Source of the DNA: Pristiophorus japonicus
Taxonomy: Eukaryota
Direction of reading: 5' to 3'
DNA: 64,000 nucleotides
NCBI RefSeq assembly: GCF_044704955.1
Contig: NC_092010.1
Span: forward strand, 2,232,001-2,296,000
Shown here: positions 23,678 to 36,800 of the stretch, piece after piece
Layout of the letters: each line of letters begins with the position of its first letter
How positions within the stretch are numbered: position 1 is the first letter of the stretch
Program-made: the position numbers and the translations under genes
The notes under the pieces: model-generated
Told to the model about the DNA's origin: nothing
The model's input: only the letters and a program-made list of their open reading frames with translations
The model's database searches: none

Positions 23678-24630
23678 CTAGACTTCACCCCCACCTCCGC
23701 GGGCTGCTTCTGGGTGAAACCGATGAGTTGACGAGTTCTCCTTCGGTTTGAAGTCTTTAGTGAGCTTCAGAAACAGATGAATGGGCTGTGTGATGGCTCG
23801 CCTCATCTCCTCCCTGAACTTAGCCTGGGTGAGAGCGTAAATGCAGATGTTGGTGCAGGAGTTCAGGTACATCAGCATGTCGCCGACCTGCATCACTATG
23901 ACCATGGGGCCCATGTCTAGCAAAATCTCCTGGAACATAAAGACCACCACTCTAGTCATCCACAGCACGATGAAGCTGCCCGATATGGCGAAGAGCAGGA
24001 TGATGGACCTTCTCCGGTTCTCCATCTCGGGGTCAACTTGCTTCCCATCGCCACCTTGACCCCGGAATGCCCTGCGGACCCGACTGGCCACGAGAACGTA
24101 CCTGACGGTGAGAGCATTGAGCAGCAAGATGCACACGTAGGGAATGAGAGGGGTTAAGACTGTGCCAGACCACATGTAAATAGCCCAGGGGGTTTTGTAA
24201 CATAGATTGCGGAGCCTGCAGACTGGGAACGGGCCGCGGGCATCAACGCGTTCGTAGACAAAGTAGCGCAGGATATTGCGCAGGTAGCTCACCGTGCACA
24301 CTGTCGTTATCACCCCGGTTGCTGTCCTCACCGTGCAGTATCTCGCTTTCCACTTCTGGAAACAAATGGCGACAAATCGATCAAGGGTGAAGGCCATGGT
24401 GAGCCAGATCGAGCAGTCCACCACCGCGGCATTCATGATGCTGTTCAGGCTGCATACGTGGTAATGGGTGAGGATCGAGAAGGGGAAGTAGAGAGATCCC
24501 AGGTAGTTCAACATCACACAGAAGATGATGACCAGCAAGTCCACCGCTGCCATGGAGACCAGGTAACGGCCCGTGCATCTGGCGAGGCCACAGCTCCCAC
24601 GGGAGAGAATCACGATGTTCATTAAATTAG
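23678..24630 (-). CDS. Gene A exon 2: orphan class A GPCR, GPR139/GPR142-like (end of TM1 to C-terminus; 340 aa spliced)
   Basis: Uninterrupted ORF; MAAVDLL (TM2), AFTLDRFVAIC (TM3), ECL Cys pair, NSCTNICIY..KFREE; acceptor tctctttccctatctggcag|CT AAT TTA ATG. Confidence 0.93.
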
Positions 24631-25169
24631 CTGCCAGATAGGGAAAGAGAGCTGAGAGTTAGTAATTACACCCACACCATGTGTTATAGGGCATGTTACA
24701 TGAGGGAGAGATACCCTGGCCTAGCAACTGTTGAGAGTTCTCCCAAGCAACAGCCAGCATTCAAGATTGATTATGGCCATGGGATGTTGATAGTACTGCC
24801 TTAATAGTATGTTTAGATCATAACTTTTATGGTGACAATAACTAGGGCACTGCACCTTATGTGAAGGGCTGTTGATGTTCGCATGCTGTAGAGAAACGTA
24901 AATGTGTGTGCGTAAGAATCGGCTGAAGGACTGTATATTGACCAGAGTCTAACATATAAAGGTAATGAGTAGGAGACGATGTGGTTTCCACACAGTGAAG
25001 ATGCAAAGAGGGAGTGAGGAAACTTGGCAGGAGAGGACATTTCTAAAATGGGTTCGAGACAGAGGTTGAAAAATAGTAATGAGAGAATGATTGGCTATCA
25101 GAATAACAAATATTTCTTAGATATCCATATAAACTGTACGGATTCGATTTCACTTATATCTCTCATTAT

Positions 25170-25455
25170 CCAATGCTCACTGTATACTTAAAGAGCAGCC
25201 ATTGTCTATCACTCAGTGAAATACAATTGGTCCAACTCGGTCCATCGCTCAATCAGCACTCATTCTTCAACTCACTTCATCACTCAATGAGATCGCATTG
25301 TTCAATTCAGGCCCTCACTGAATATGCTCTCATTGTTCAACTGTCTCCATCATTCCATGAGCTCCTATTGTACAACTCTCTAACAGTCACTCAATGGACT
25401 TGCATTTTCCAACTCACTCCCTCACTCAGTGGCCTCCCATTGTCCAACTCTCTAC
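25170..25455. repeat. Degenerate 30-40 bp intronic tandem repeat (TCACTCAATGRGCTCCCATTGTCCAACTCTC-like); further blocks at about 29535-30200, 48225-48580 and 53140-53640
   Basis: Recurrent TCACTCAAT and CATTGTCCAACTC motifs. Confidence 0.75.
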
Positions 25456-25459
25456 ATCA

Positions 25460-27143
25460 GAGAGGCAAAACATCCTCTCTGCATCTGCCTTGTCAAGCCC
25501 CCTCAGAATGTTAAACGTTTCAATAAGATCACCTCATTCTTCTAAACGCCAAAGAGTACAGGCTCAACCTTTTCCACCTTTCTTCATATGACAACCCCTT
25601 CATCTCGGGAATCAACCTCTTGAACCTTCCCTGAACTGCCTCCAATGCAAGTATATCCCTCCTTAAATAAAGAGACCAAAACTGTACACAGTACTCGAGA
25701 TGTGGACTCACCAACAGTTTCAGTTGTAGCAGGACTTCTCTACTTTACACTCCATCCCTCTGAGAATAAAGGCCAACATTCCATTTGCATTCTTAATTAT
25801 TTACTGAGTATTTTCAGTATTTTCGGTTTTTATTTATGAATGGGAAAGTATGTTTGACAAATCTATTCTAGTTTTTTGAGGGTGTAGCGAGCAGGGTAGA
25901 TTAGGAGGAACCAGTGGATGTAGTATATTTAGAATTTCAGAAGGCATTAGATAAGGTGGCACACAATAGGTTGTTACACAAGATTAGGGCTCATGGGGTT
26001 GGGGGTAATATGAACAGCATGGATTGAGGATTGGTTAATGGACAGATAATAGAGAGTATGAATAAACAGGTCATTTTCAGGATGGCAGGGTACAACTAGT
26101 GGAGTGCTACAAGGATCAGTGCTGGGGCCTCAGCTATTTACAATAAATGTTAATGACTTAGATGAGGGGACTGAGCATAATATATCCAAGTTTGCTGCTG
26201 ATACAAAGCTAGGTGAAAAAGTAAGCTGTGAGGAGGATGCAATGAGGTTACAAAGGGATAGGAATGATTAAGTGAGTGAGCAAGAAGATGGCAGGTGAAC
26301 TATAATGTGGGAAAATATGAAATTATAGGTAGAATGGAAAAGAAAAATTGTGAAATGTTGGTATTCAAAGGGATTCGGATGTCCTTGAACACAAATTACA
26401 GAAAGTTAACATGGAGGTACAGCAAGCAATTAGGAAGGCAAAACTTTATTGCAAAGGGCTTGCAGTATAAGAATAAGAATGTCTTGCTGCAATTATATAG
26501 GGATTTGGTGAGACCACACCTGGAATACAGTGTACAGTTTTGGTCTCCTTACCTAAGGAAGGTTATGCTTGGGGGTGTAACGATGGGTCACTGGATTAAT
26601 TCCTGGGATGAGAGATTGAGTCCTATATTCTCTGGAGTTTAGAATATTGAGAGGTGATCAAATTGAAATTTATATAATTCTTAGAAGGCTTGACAGGATC
26701 ATTGGTGAGAGGCCATTTCGTTTGACTGGAGAGTCTAGAGGTCATAGCCTCAGGATAATTGGTTGGCCATGTAGGACTGAGATGAGGAGAAACTTCTTCA
26801 CTCAAAGTGTTGTGATTCTTTGGAATTCTGTATCACAGAGGGCTGTGTATGCTCAGTGATTGGGTATAATCAAGGCTGATAACAATAGATTTAAGGGATT
26901 TAGACGTTTGCAGATGAGGCTAAAATCAGCTGCATAGTTGTTAATGAAGAAGAAAGCTGTGGACTGCAGGAGGATATGAATGTACTGGTCAGGTGAGCAG
27001 AACAGTGACAAATTGAATTTAATCCAGAGAAGTTTGAGGTAATGCATTTGGGAAGAGCTAACAAGGAAAGGGAATACATATTACATGGTAAGATACTGAG
27101 AAGCATAGAGCAACAAAGGGACCTTGGAACGCATGTCCACAGA
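25460..27143. mobile_element. Cluster of older CR1 fragments in the gene A intron (about 25460-25800 minus; 25850-27143 plus)
   Basis: PHLEYCVQFWS and RGDQIEIY motifs. Confidence 0.85.
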
Positions 27144-28866
27144 TAGAAACATAGAAACATAGAAAATAGGTGCAGGAGTAGCCCATTCGGCCCTTCGAGC
27201 CTGCACCGCCATTCAATGAGTTCATGGCTGAACATGAACTTCAGTACCACATTCCTGCTTTCTCGCCATACCCATTGATCCCCCAAGTAGTGAGGACTAC
27301 ATCGAACTCCTTTTTGATTCTATTTAGTGAATTGGCCTCAACAACTTTCTGTGGCAGAGAATTCCACAGGTTCACCACTCCCTGGGTGAAGAAGTTTCTC
27401 CTCATCTCGGTCCTAAATGGCTTACCACTTATCCTTATACTGTGACCCCTGGTTCTGGACTTCCCCAACATTGGGAACATTCTTTCTGCATCTAACCTGC
27501 CTAAACCCATCAGAATTTTAAACGTTTCTATGAGATCCCCTCTCATTCTTCTGAACTCCAGTGAATACAAGCCAAGTTGATCCAGTCTTTCTTGATATGT
27601 CAGTCCCCCCATCCCGGGAATCAGTCTGGTGAACCTTCGCTGCACTCCCTCAATAGCAAGAATGTCCTTCCTCATGTTAGGAGTCCAAAACTGTACACAC
27701 TACTCCATGTGTGGCCTCACCAAGGCCCTGTACAACTGTAGCAATATCTCCCTTCCCCTGTACTCAAATCCCCTCGCTATGAAGGCCAACATGCCAATTG
27801 CTTTCTTAACCACCCGCTGTACCTACATGACAACCTTCAATGACTGATGTACCATGCCACCCAGGCCTCGTTGTTGCTACCCTTTTCCTAATCTATCACC
27901 ATTCAGATAATAGTCTGTCTCTCTGTTTTTACCACCAAAGTGGATAACCTCACATTTATCCATATTATACTTCATCTGCCATGCATTTGCCCACTCACCT
28001 AACTATCCAAGTCACTCTGCAACCTCATAGCATCCTACTCGCAGCTCACACTGCCACCCAACTTAGTGTCATCCGCAAATTTGGAGATAGTACATTTAAT
28101 CCCCTCGTCTAAATCATTAATGTACAAGGTAAACTGCTGGGGCCCCAGCACAGGACCTTGCGGTACTCCACTTTTTACTGCCTGCCATTATGAAAAGTAC
28201 CCATTTACTCCTACTCTTTGTTTCCTTTCTGCCAACCAGCTCTCAATCCACGTCAGCACACTACCCCCCAATCCCATGTGCTTTAACTTTGCACATTAAT
28301 CTCTTGTGTGGGAACTTGTCGAAAGCCTTCTGAAAGTCCAAATACACCACATCAACTGGTTCTCCCTTGTCCAGAAGGTTGTCTGTGTCCTCCTTAGTGA
28401 ATACAAAACCAAAGTACTTGTTCAATTGGTCTGCCATTTCTTTGTTCCCTGTTATGACTTCCTCTGATTCTGACTGCAGGGGAGCTACGTTTGTCTTTTC
28501 TAACCTTTTTCTCTTTGCATATCTATAGAAGCTTTTGCAGTCCGTCTTAATGTTCCCTGTAAGCTTCCTCGCATATTCTATTTTCCCTGCCCGAATCAAA
28601 ACCTTTGTCCTCTTCTGCTGAGTTCTAAATTTCTCCCAGTCCCCGGGTTGACTGCTATTTCTGGCCAATTTGTATGCCACTTCCTTGGCTTTAATACTAT
28701 CCCTGATTTCCCTTGATAGCCATGGTTGAGCTACCTTCCCTTTTTTATTTTTATGCCAGACAGTGATGTACAATTGTTGTAGTTCATCCATGTGGTCTCT
28801 AAATGTCTGCCATTGCCCATCCACTGTTAACCCCTTAAGTATCATTCGCCAATCTATCCTCGCCAA
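27144..28866 (-). mobile_element. Young CR1 LINE with an internal deletion, in the gene A intron
   Basis: (TATGTTTC)n tail at 27144; YLDFQKAFDK and KFADD motifs; same insertion as 49771-52305. Confidence 0.92.
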
Positions 28867-28869
28867 TTG

Positions 28870-29520
28870 ACGAGGTCACCACATTACAGGAAGGACATGA
28901 TTGCGCTGGAGAGGGTACAGAGGAGATTTACGAGGATGTTGTTGGGACTGAAAAATCTTAGCTATGAGAGCAGATTGGATAGGCTGGGTTTGCCTTTCTT
29001 GGAACAGAGGAGGATGAGGGGAGACCTCATTAAGGTGCATAAAATTAAGAGGGACCAAGATATAATGGATAGAAAGGGCCTATTTCCCTAAGCAGAGAAG
29101 TCAACAACCAGGTGGCATAAATTTAATGTAATTAGTAGAAGGTTTAGAGGGGATTTGGGGGGAAGTTTCTTCACACAGAGGGTTGTGGAGGCGTGGAACT
29201 CACTGCCTGAAAGGGTGGGAAAGGCAGAAACCCTCATCACATTTAAAAAGTACTTAGATGTGCACTTGAAGTGTTATAACCTGCAGGGTTATGGACCTAG
29301 AGTTGGAAAGTGGGATTAGGCTGGATAACCTCTTGTTGGCCGGAGCGGACACGATGGGCCAAAATGGCCTCCTTCCGTGCTGTAAATTTCTATGATTCTC
29401 TGATTCTAAAGGATCAACGGATATGGGAATAGGTTGGGAAAGTCATTCAACCATGATCTTATTGAGTGGTGGAGCAGGCTCGAGGGGTCGTATTGTCTAC
29501 TCCTGCTCCTATTTCTTATA
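28870..29520 (+). mobile_element. CR1 3' fragments (paralog about 52310-53125)
   Basis: SPHYRKDMIALERVQRRFTRML translation and CR1 tails. Confidence 0.85.
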
Positions 29521-30354
29521 TTCTTTATGGACCAACTCACTCGATTACTCAGTGAGCTGCCATTGTCCAACTATCTATAGCACTCAATCAACTGCCATTG
29601 CCCAGGATCCCATCAGCAATCACTGAGCTCCCACGTACAAGCTCTCCCAGTCACTTAATGGCACCCCCAGTTTCCAATTCCCACCATAAATCAATATTTC
29701 CTGTCTCCAATCTCTAACGGTCTCTGAATGAGCCTCCATTTTCCAAATACCACCAGTCAATCAATGTTCCAATTGTCCAACTCTCTCCCTCATTTCATGA
29801 GATCCCTTTGTCTTTCCCACCACCTCACTCGGTGAGCTCTGGTTGGCCAACTCTCTGCATCAGTCAATGGGCTCCCAATTGTCCAATTCTCTGAGTCATC
29901 CAATAAGCTCCCATTTTCTAACACTCATCATCAATCAGAACTCCAGTTCCAGCTATCGTTCCATCACTCAATCAGCCCCTATGAACGAGTTCCCATTGTC
30001 CATCTCTCCCCTCACTCAATTATTTTCCACTTACCAGCTCTCTGTCACTCACCAATCTCCCATTTATTAACTTTCATCAGCAGTCAGAGCTCCAGTTGTC
30101 CAACTCTCTCTTTCACTCATTGGCGTTTCGTTGTCCAACTCTCGACATCACACAATGAGCTCCAAGTGTCCAGCTCTCCCCATCTCTCAATGAGCTTCCT
30201 CTGTTCAACACACACAAAGAAGCACCCAAAATAGAATGCATTCACAAACACAGTTGCAAACACACACAGACACTGAAACAGGAACACACTCATGCAGTTG
30301 CACGCACACACAATCACAGTCAAATACACAAACTCTCGCATATACACACTCATA

Positions 30355-31450
30355 GACCAGACAGCTTAACATCGGTGGTAGGATAAATAATGGACAAATA
30401 ATGGAATCCCTACTAAAGGAGAACATGGAAGAACATCTAAAAACCAAAAATATAATACGAATATTCAGCCTGGATTTCAAAATGGAAAGTCTTGGTTGAC
30501 CACCTCATTGAATTTTTTGAAGAGTTAACAGAGAGTAGACAATAGTGATGCAGTAGCTGTCATTTATCTAGATTTTCAAAAGACCTTCGATGTGGTACCC
30601 CACAATAGACCAATGAACAAGGTCAGAGAATGCGGAGTCTGGGGACAAGTAGCAGTACAGATAGCGAGCTGGCTACAAGACGGAAAGCAGAGAGTAGATG
30701 TAAAGGGTAGCTATTCACAGTGGCAGAAGGTGGGTATAGGTGTTCCACATCGATCAGTGCTGGGACCACTGTTGTTCACAATTTCTATTCACGATTTAGA
30801 CCTTGGAATCAAAAATACAATTTCTAAATTTGCTGATGACGCCAAATAGAGGGGACAGTCAATACTGAGGAGGACTGTAACAAATTACAGGAGGACATTT
30901 ATAAACTTGCAGAATGTGCATATAATTGGTCGTCATATTATAAAAAGTACATCGAGTCACTGCAGAGGGTGCAGAGAAGATTTACAAGGATGATAAAGAA
31001 CTGCAGGGGTATACATATCAAGAAAGGATGAAAAGGCTGGGTCTCTTTTCTCTTCAAAAAAAGGCTGAGAGGTGACGTGATAGAGGTCTTTGAAGCTCTC
31101 AAAGGTTTTGATTGGTTGGTACAGAGATAATGTTTCCACTTGTGCAGAAGAGCACAACTAGAGGCCATCAATATAAGACAGTCACCAAGAAATCCAATGG
31201 GGAATTCAGAAGAACATTTTTTACCCAAAGAGGGGTGAGAATGTGGAACTCGATACCACAGGAAGTGGCTGAGGCGAATAGTATCGATGTATTTAAGAGG
31301 AGGCTGGACAAGCATACGAGTGAGAAGGGAATAGAGGGTTATGCTGATAGATTTAGATGAGGAAAGACAGGAGGAGGCTCGAGAGGAGCATAAACGTCGG
31401 CATGGACTGGTTGGACCGAATGACCTGTTTCTGTGCTGCATATCCTATGT
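30355..31450 (+). mobile_element. CR1 fragment with an internal deletion (paralog about 53645-54880)
   Basis: GVPHRSVLGPLLF and KFADD motifs, CR1 3' end. Confidence 0.85.
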
Positions 31451-31810
31451 ATGTAATCCCCACACACACACAAGACACAGACCGACACACACAGGCACAA
31501 GTACACACACAGCCACATACATATATACTTAGACATTAAAACACACACACACCCACACTTGCACGTAGCTTGCACGTAGAAACAAAGTCACGCAGGCTCA
31601 CGAAAATGCACAATAGCACACACTCAGAAACACAGTCACACTTATGCTTGCACGCATTCACATACGAGCATGCTCAAGCAAATGCAGTCTCAGACACACA
31701 CACACACACGCGCGCTCTCACACACATACACCCACACAGCCACACATTCACAGGTTGCCAGTCATTAAAGAGGAGTTCCCCCATTTGGTGACTATCTGCT
31801 ACTCACATAC

Positions 31811-31880
31811 CAGCCAAACCGATGACTGCCAGGCAATGGTAGAACACGTCCTGCGCTAGTAACAATGCCAAGCTTCCCAT
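31811..31880 (-). CDS. Gene A coding exon 1 (MGSLALLLAQDVFYHCLAVIGLA)
   Basis: ATG at 31880, donor G|GTATGT at 31810; phase 1 joins exon 2 to give IGLA-ANLM, restoring TM1 with Asn1.50; intron 7180 bp. Confidence 0.9.
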
Positions 31881-33867
31881 CCTCGCAGAGAGTCCATGAC
31901 GTGTGTTGGAGCTTCAGACAGCAGCACACACTGACACACAGAGGCAGTGCTTTGGAAGTAGCCTCTATTATATACTCAGGAGAATCTCCCAGTGAGACAT
32001 CGAGCTCAGGGGGGGCCTGGTACCAGCTGCAGTCAATGCAGCCGCACAACAGGTAAGGGACCTTAACTATCCTAATCCACGGGAAGAGCTTACGTGGAGA
32101 TTACACTTTAATAACCTCAAACACACCCTGCAATAGCAGAGTCACCGAGTAATATTCAGAAGGTTCAGAGGCGGTTTCAACTAAATGGTATTATTTTGAG
32201 GCAGGTGCAGGAGAGTAGCAGGTCCTGTGCTGCATATTGACAAATCCTTGAAGGTGGCAGGACCACTTCATCAGGCGACCAAGAAAGTATATGAAGACTT
32301 GCTTTTGTAAATAGGGACATTGGATTCTAAAACAAGGAAGGCTTGTTAACCCTCTACGAAAAACTGGTTAGGCCTCAGCTGGAGAATTGTGTCCAATTCT
32401 GGTCACCTTACTTCAGGAAGGATGTCAAGGCCTTGGAGAGGGTGCAGAGGCGGTTTACAAGGATAATACCAGGGAGAGGAAGCTCAGTTACATTGAGAGA
32501 TTTGAGAAGCTGGGATTGTTCTGCTTAGGGCAGAGAAGGTTAAGTACTGATTGAATAGCGATATTCAAAGTTACGTAGGGTTTTGATAGAGCAACTAGGG
32601 AAAAAGGGCTTCTTCTGGCAAGAGGGTCAGGGACCTTAGAACATAGGTAGAGAGGAAATGAGGAGAAACCTTTTAACACAGAGGATTGGTATGATCTGGA
32701 ACACGCTGCCTGAAAGTGTACTGGAATCAGATTCCATAAAACAAAATGAAAAGAAAGACTTGCATTTATATAGCGTATTTTACGACCATCGGACGTCCCA
32801 AAGCGCTTTGCAGCCAATGAAATACTTTTGGAATGTAGTCACTGTTGTAATGTGGGAAACACGGGAGCCAATTTGTGCACAGCAAGCTCCCACAAGTAGC
32901 AAAGTGATAATGACCTGATAATCTGTTTCAGTGATGTTGATTGAGGGTTAAATATTGGCCAGGACACTGGGGAAAACTTTCCTGCTCTTCTTCGAAATAG
33001 TGCCACAAGATCATTTACGTCCACCTTTGAGCACAGACAGGGCCTCAGTTTAACATCTCATCCTGAAAGATGGCATTTTTGTGCTCAAGTCCCTGGAGTG
33101 GGACTTGAACCTACAACCCTCGGAACTTTCACAGGAACTTTCAAGCACTTAGAAAGCCTCTAAATTGCAGAGAACCAATCTAATACAATCACAACATCGC
33201 CAGCGTTTTTTTGCCGAGAGAAGCTGAGGGTCCATTTTAAATACCGTCTGCCCACTTCTACTGCCCGTGGTCAGTGGGTGGGATCAGGAACTGGCAGCAG
33301 CAACAAGGTCCGAGACAGAAATAAGGTTGGGGGTCTTATCGTCATAGGCGGTCCATCGAACGAGGATGACTTGCTTCCACATGAGTTCATAGATGTTTCA
33401 ATGAAGGACCCGATGTTCCCATCCTGAACTCCAATTGAGGGAGTGAAAGATTCCTGTGCATTGATGTTTTTAACGTGTGGTGACCATTGCACATCAGCCA
33501 CCATTACCGGGTTTGACAGAGCTAGGTCTTGGTCCAGTGGCAAGGGTTAAGCAGGACGACGGGAGACCAGCTCTGCTGCATGGATCTAGTACGCACACAT
33601 ATCACAGTGTGGGCCGGCCCGAGCTACCCCTGGGCCCTCAGCTCTTCTGGACGCCAAACCCTAATTCACCGCACCATCACCATGATCTCTTGCTGCTTCT
33701 CCGCCGCAATCATTCGCCGCACCTCCGCCACAATTTCTCGCCGCACTTCCGCCATAAACGTTCACTGCACCTCCGCACCAAACATTCGCCAAACCTCCGG
33801 CACGATCACCCACCAAATTTCAGCCATGATCCGTCATCGCTCCTCCTCCACGATTACCCGTCGCAAG

Positions 33868-36800
33868 TGTCATGCATGTACGCTTGGTTTTACTAGCCAC
33901 CAGGTGGCGCCACTGTTGGAGATCATTGGGCTGTGCGCACGTGTGTGTGGCCCAGGTATAAAAAGCTAGCCATCTTGTAATGTACTCACTTTGGGCTTTC
34001 ATAAAGTAGAGCCAGGTTTGTACCTGTTCAGAAGTTACAGTATTCAGTCGATTGAGTTACTGCATGAACAACATTTGGCGACGAGGTAACAAGAACCTTT
34101 GCAGGCAAAAATGGGCGCAATTGGAATTGTAGAGCGATTTGTGTCGGGAGAAGATTGGACAGACATTGTAGCCCGCTTGAACCAGTACTTGGTGGCCAAC
34201 AAAATGGAGAAAGAGGCAGAAGCAGTTTAGCGCCGGACGGTCCTCCTCACGGTTTGTGGTCGCAAAATCTATTGACTCATAAAGAATCTCCTCTCACCCT
34301 TAAGTCCAACGGACAAGGACTATGAAACATTGTGTGCTCTGGTACGTGACCATTTCAAACCAGAAGAAGCTATCATCATTGTTATATATGTAAACTTGTA
34401 TATACTCTGTACAGCCACAAGAGGGCTCATCCACTGGAGTCCCAAAGGATCCCATAAGCCCTTTGGAGCACATGTATTTAAGGAGGCCTCACAGATTGGA
34501 GAAGCTCTCTGGAGACCTGCAATGAAGAACTAAGTTGACACTTTACTTTGAGCTCAAAGTATCCAGTCAGACTCTTTCTTCATACATAACAACTGGCGAC
34601 AAGATATAGATCGCGAACCCAACGATGCAGAGAACAGTGGGCATCCTGGAGAAATTCTCTGAGGGAGATGATTTGGAAACCTTTGTGGAGCGACTCGACC
34701 AATACTTCATAGCCAATGAGCTGGAAGGAGAAGCGAACGCTGCCAAACGAAGTGCGATTCTCCTCACCGTCTGCGGGGCACCAACGCAGGGCTTCGTGAA
34801 AAATCTGCTTGCTCCAGCGAAATCCACAGAGAAATCATACAATGATTTGTGCACACTGGTCCGGGAGCATTTGAACCTGAGGGAAAGCATTTTGATGGCG
34901 ATGTACTGGTTCTACACCTACAAAAGGTCTGAAGGCCAGGAAGTGGCGAGTTATGTCGCCGAGCTAAGACACCTTGCAGGACATTGCAAATTTGAAGGAC
35001 ATTTGGAGCACATGCTCAGAGACATTTTCGTACTTGACATTGGCCACGAAACAATACTTCGCAAATTATTGACTGTAGAGACCCCAACCTTGATTAAGGC
35101 CACAGTGATAGTCCAGGCGTTCATTGCCACCAGTGACACTACTAAGCAAATCTCTCAGCACACAAGTGCTGCTACAAGTACTGTGAACGAAGTGATGTTG
35201 TTTTCAAATCGCAACGTACAGGGCAGGTCACACATACCTGCAGCCACACGTCCGCATATGTCTCAGAGTCCACCATCAAGGGTGATGAATGGAAGGCCAA
35301 CAACACCTTGTTGCTGCTGTGGGGGTGATCATCGTTTCCATTCATGCCACTTCAAAGGGTACGTTTGCAAGGGCTGTGGAACAATGGAACACCTCCAACG
35401 TATGTGCAGGCGAGTTGCAAATCCTGTTAATCCTGCAAACCTCCATGTTGCAGAGGAGGAAGATCCACGGCGGATCATGATGAACCAGAGCCTCAGACCC
35501 AGGAGGCAGAGGTACATGGGGTGCACACATTTACCACAAAGTGTCCCCCGATAATGCGGAATGTTGAACTAAATGGACTCCCGGTGTCAATGGAGCTGGA
35601 CACAGGCGCGAGCCAGTCCATCATGAGCAAAAAGACTTTCAAGAAATTGTGGTGCAGCAAGGCCTCAAGGCCAGTCTTATCTCTAATTCACACAAAATTA
35701 AGAAGTTATACAAATGGACTGTTTCTCATAACCGGCAGGGCCACTGTAAAGGTCTCCTACAATGGAGCGGTGCACTCTGGGTGGTACCGGGCGATGGTTC
35801 CACACTGCTCGGCAGGAGCTGGCTGGGAGATATACGCTGGAACTTGGACGATGTGTGAATGCTCTCGCCGGCTGACAACACTTCGTGTGCCCAGGTCTTC
35901 AACAAATTCCCCTTGCTATTTGAACCAGGCATCGGGAAGTTCGAAGGAGCAAAAGTGCAGATCCACCTAATTCCAGCGGCGCAACCCATCCATCACAAGG
36001 CGAGAGCAGTACTGTACATGATGAGAGAAAAGGTAGAGATCGAGCTCGACCGGCTGCAAAGAGAGGGCATCATTTCACCGATCGAATTCAACGACTGGGC
36101 CAGCCGAATCTTCCCAGTCCTCAAGGGAGACGGCACCATCGGAATCTGTGGTGATTACAAAGTAACGATAAATCGTTTCTACCTGGAGGACCAATACCCA
36201 CCACCAAAGGCCGACGACCTCCTTTTAAAAGCTGGTGGGAGGAAAGACGTTCACGAAGCTGGACTTGACTTCAGCCTACTTGATGCAGGAGCTGGAGGAA
36301 TCCTCGAAGAGCCTCACCTGCATCAACACACACAAAGGTCTCTTCATTTATAACAGATGCCCGTTTACAATTCAATCAGTGGTGGCGATATTCCAAAGAA
36401 ACATGGAAAGCTTACTGAAGTTGGTTCTGTACACAGTGGTCTTCCAGGACGACATCTTGGTCACAGGTCGGGACACAGTCGAGCATCTGAAGAACCTGGC
36501 AGAGATTCAACCGCGTGAGGCTCAGGTTAAAAAGCTCAGTGCTTTTTCCTGGCACCTGAAGTGGAGTTCCTGGGGAGGAGGTTTGCGGCGGATGGCATCA
36601 GGCCCATAGATTCAAAGATGGACCACAAGCCACTCATATTCCTGTTTTCCGAGAGTAAAGGGATAAATACCAACGCATCGGCCCGCATCCAGAGATGGGC
36701 GCTCACGTTGTCTGCAAACAACTACACCATCCACCACAGGCCGGGCACAGAAAACTGTGCCAATGCTCTCAGTAGGCTGCCATTGTCCACCACGGGGGTC

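Larger units (their letters stand above)
1..31681. repeat. Tandem segmental duplication unit 1 (contains the ERV); boundary is arbitrary
   Basis: Positions 61-10600 align colinearly to about 31742-41780 and 55190-64000; 23480-31680 aligns to 46540-55120; roughly 90-95% identical by eye. Confidence 0.93.

Noticed and set aside
34625-35554. Open 309-aa gag as an Arc/PEG10-like domesticated gene
   Set aside because: Still inside a normal LTR element, C-terminus appears frameshifted, and the unit 1 and 3 copies carry stops; chance survival is sufficient
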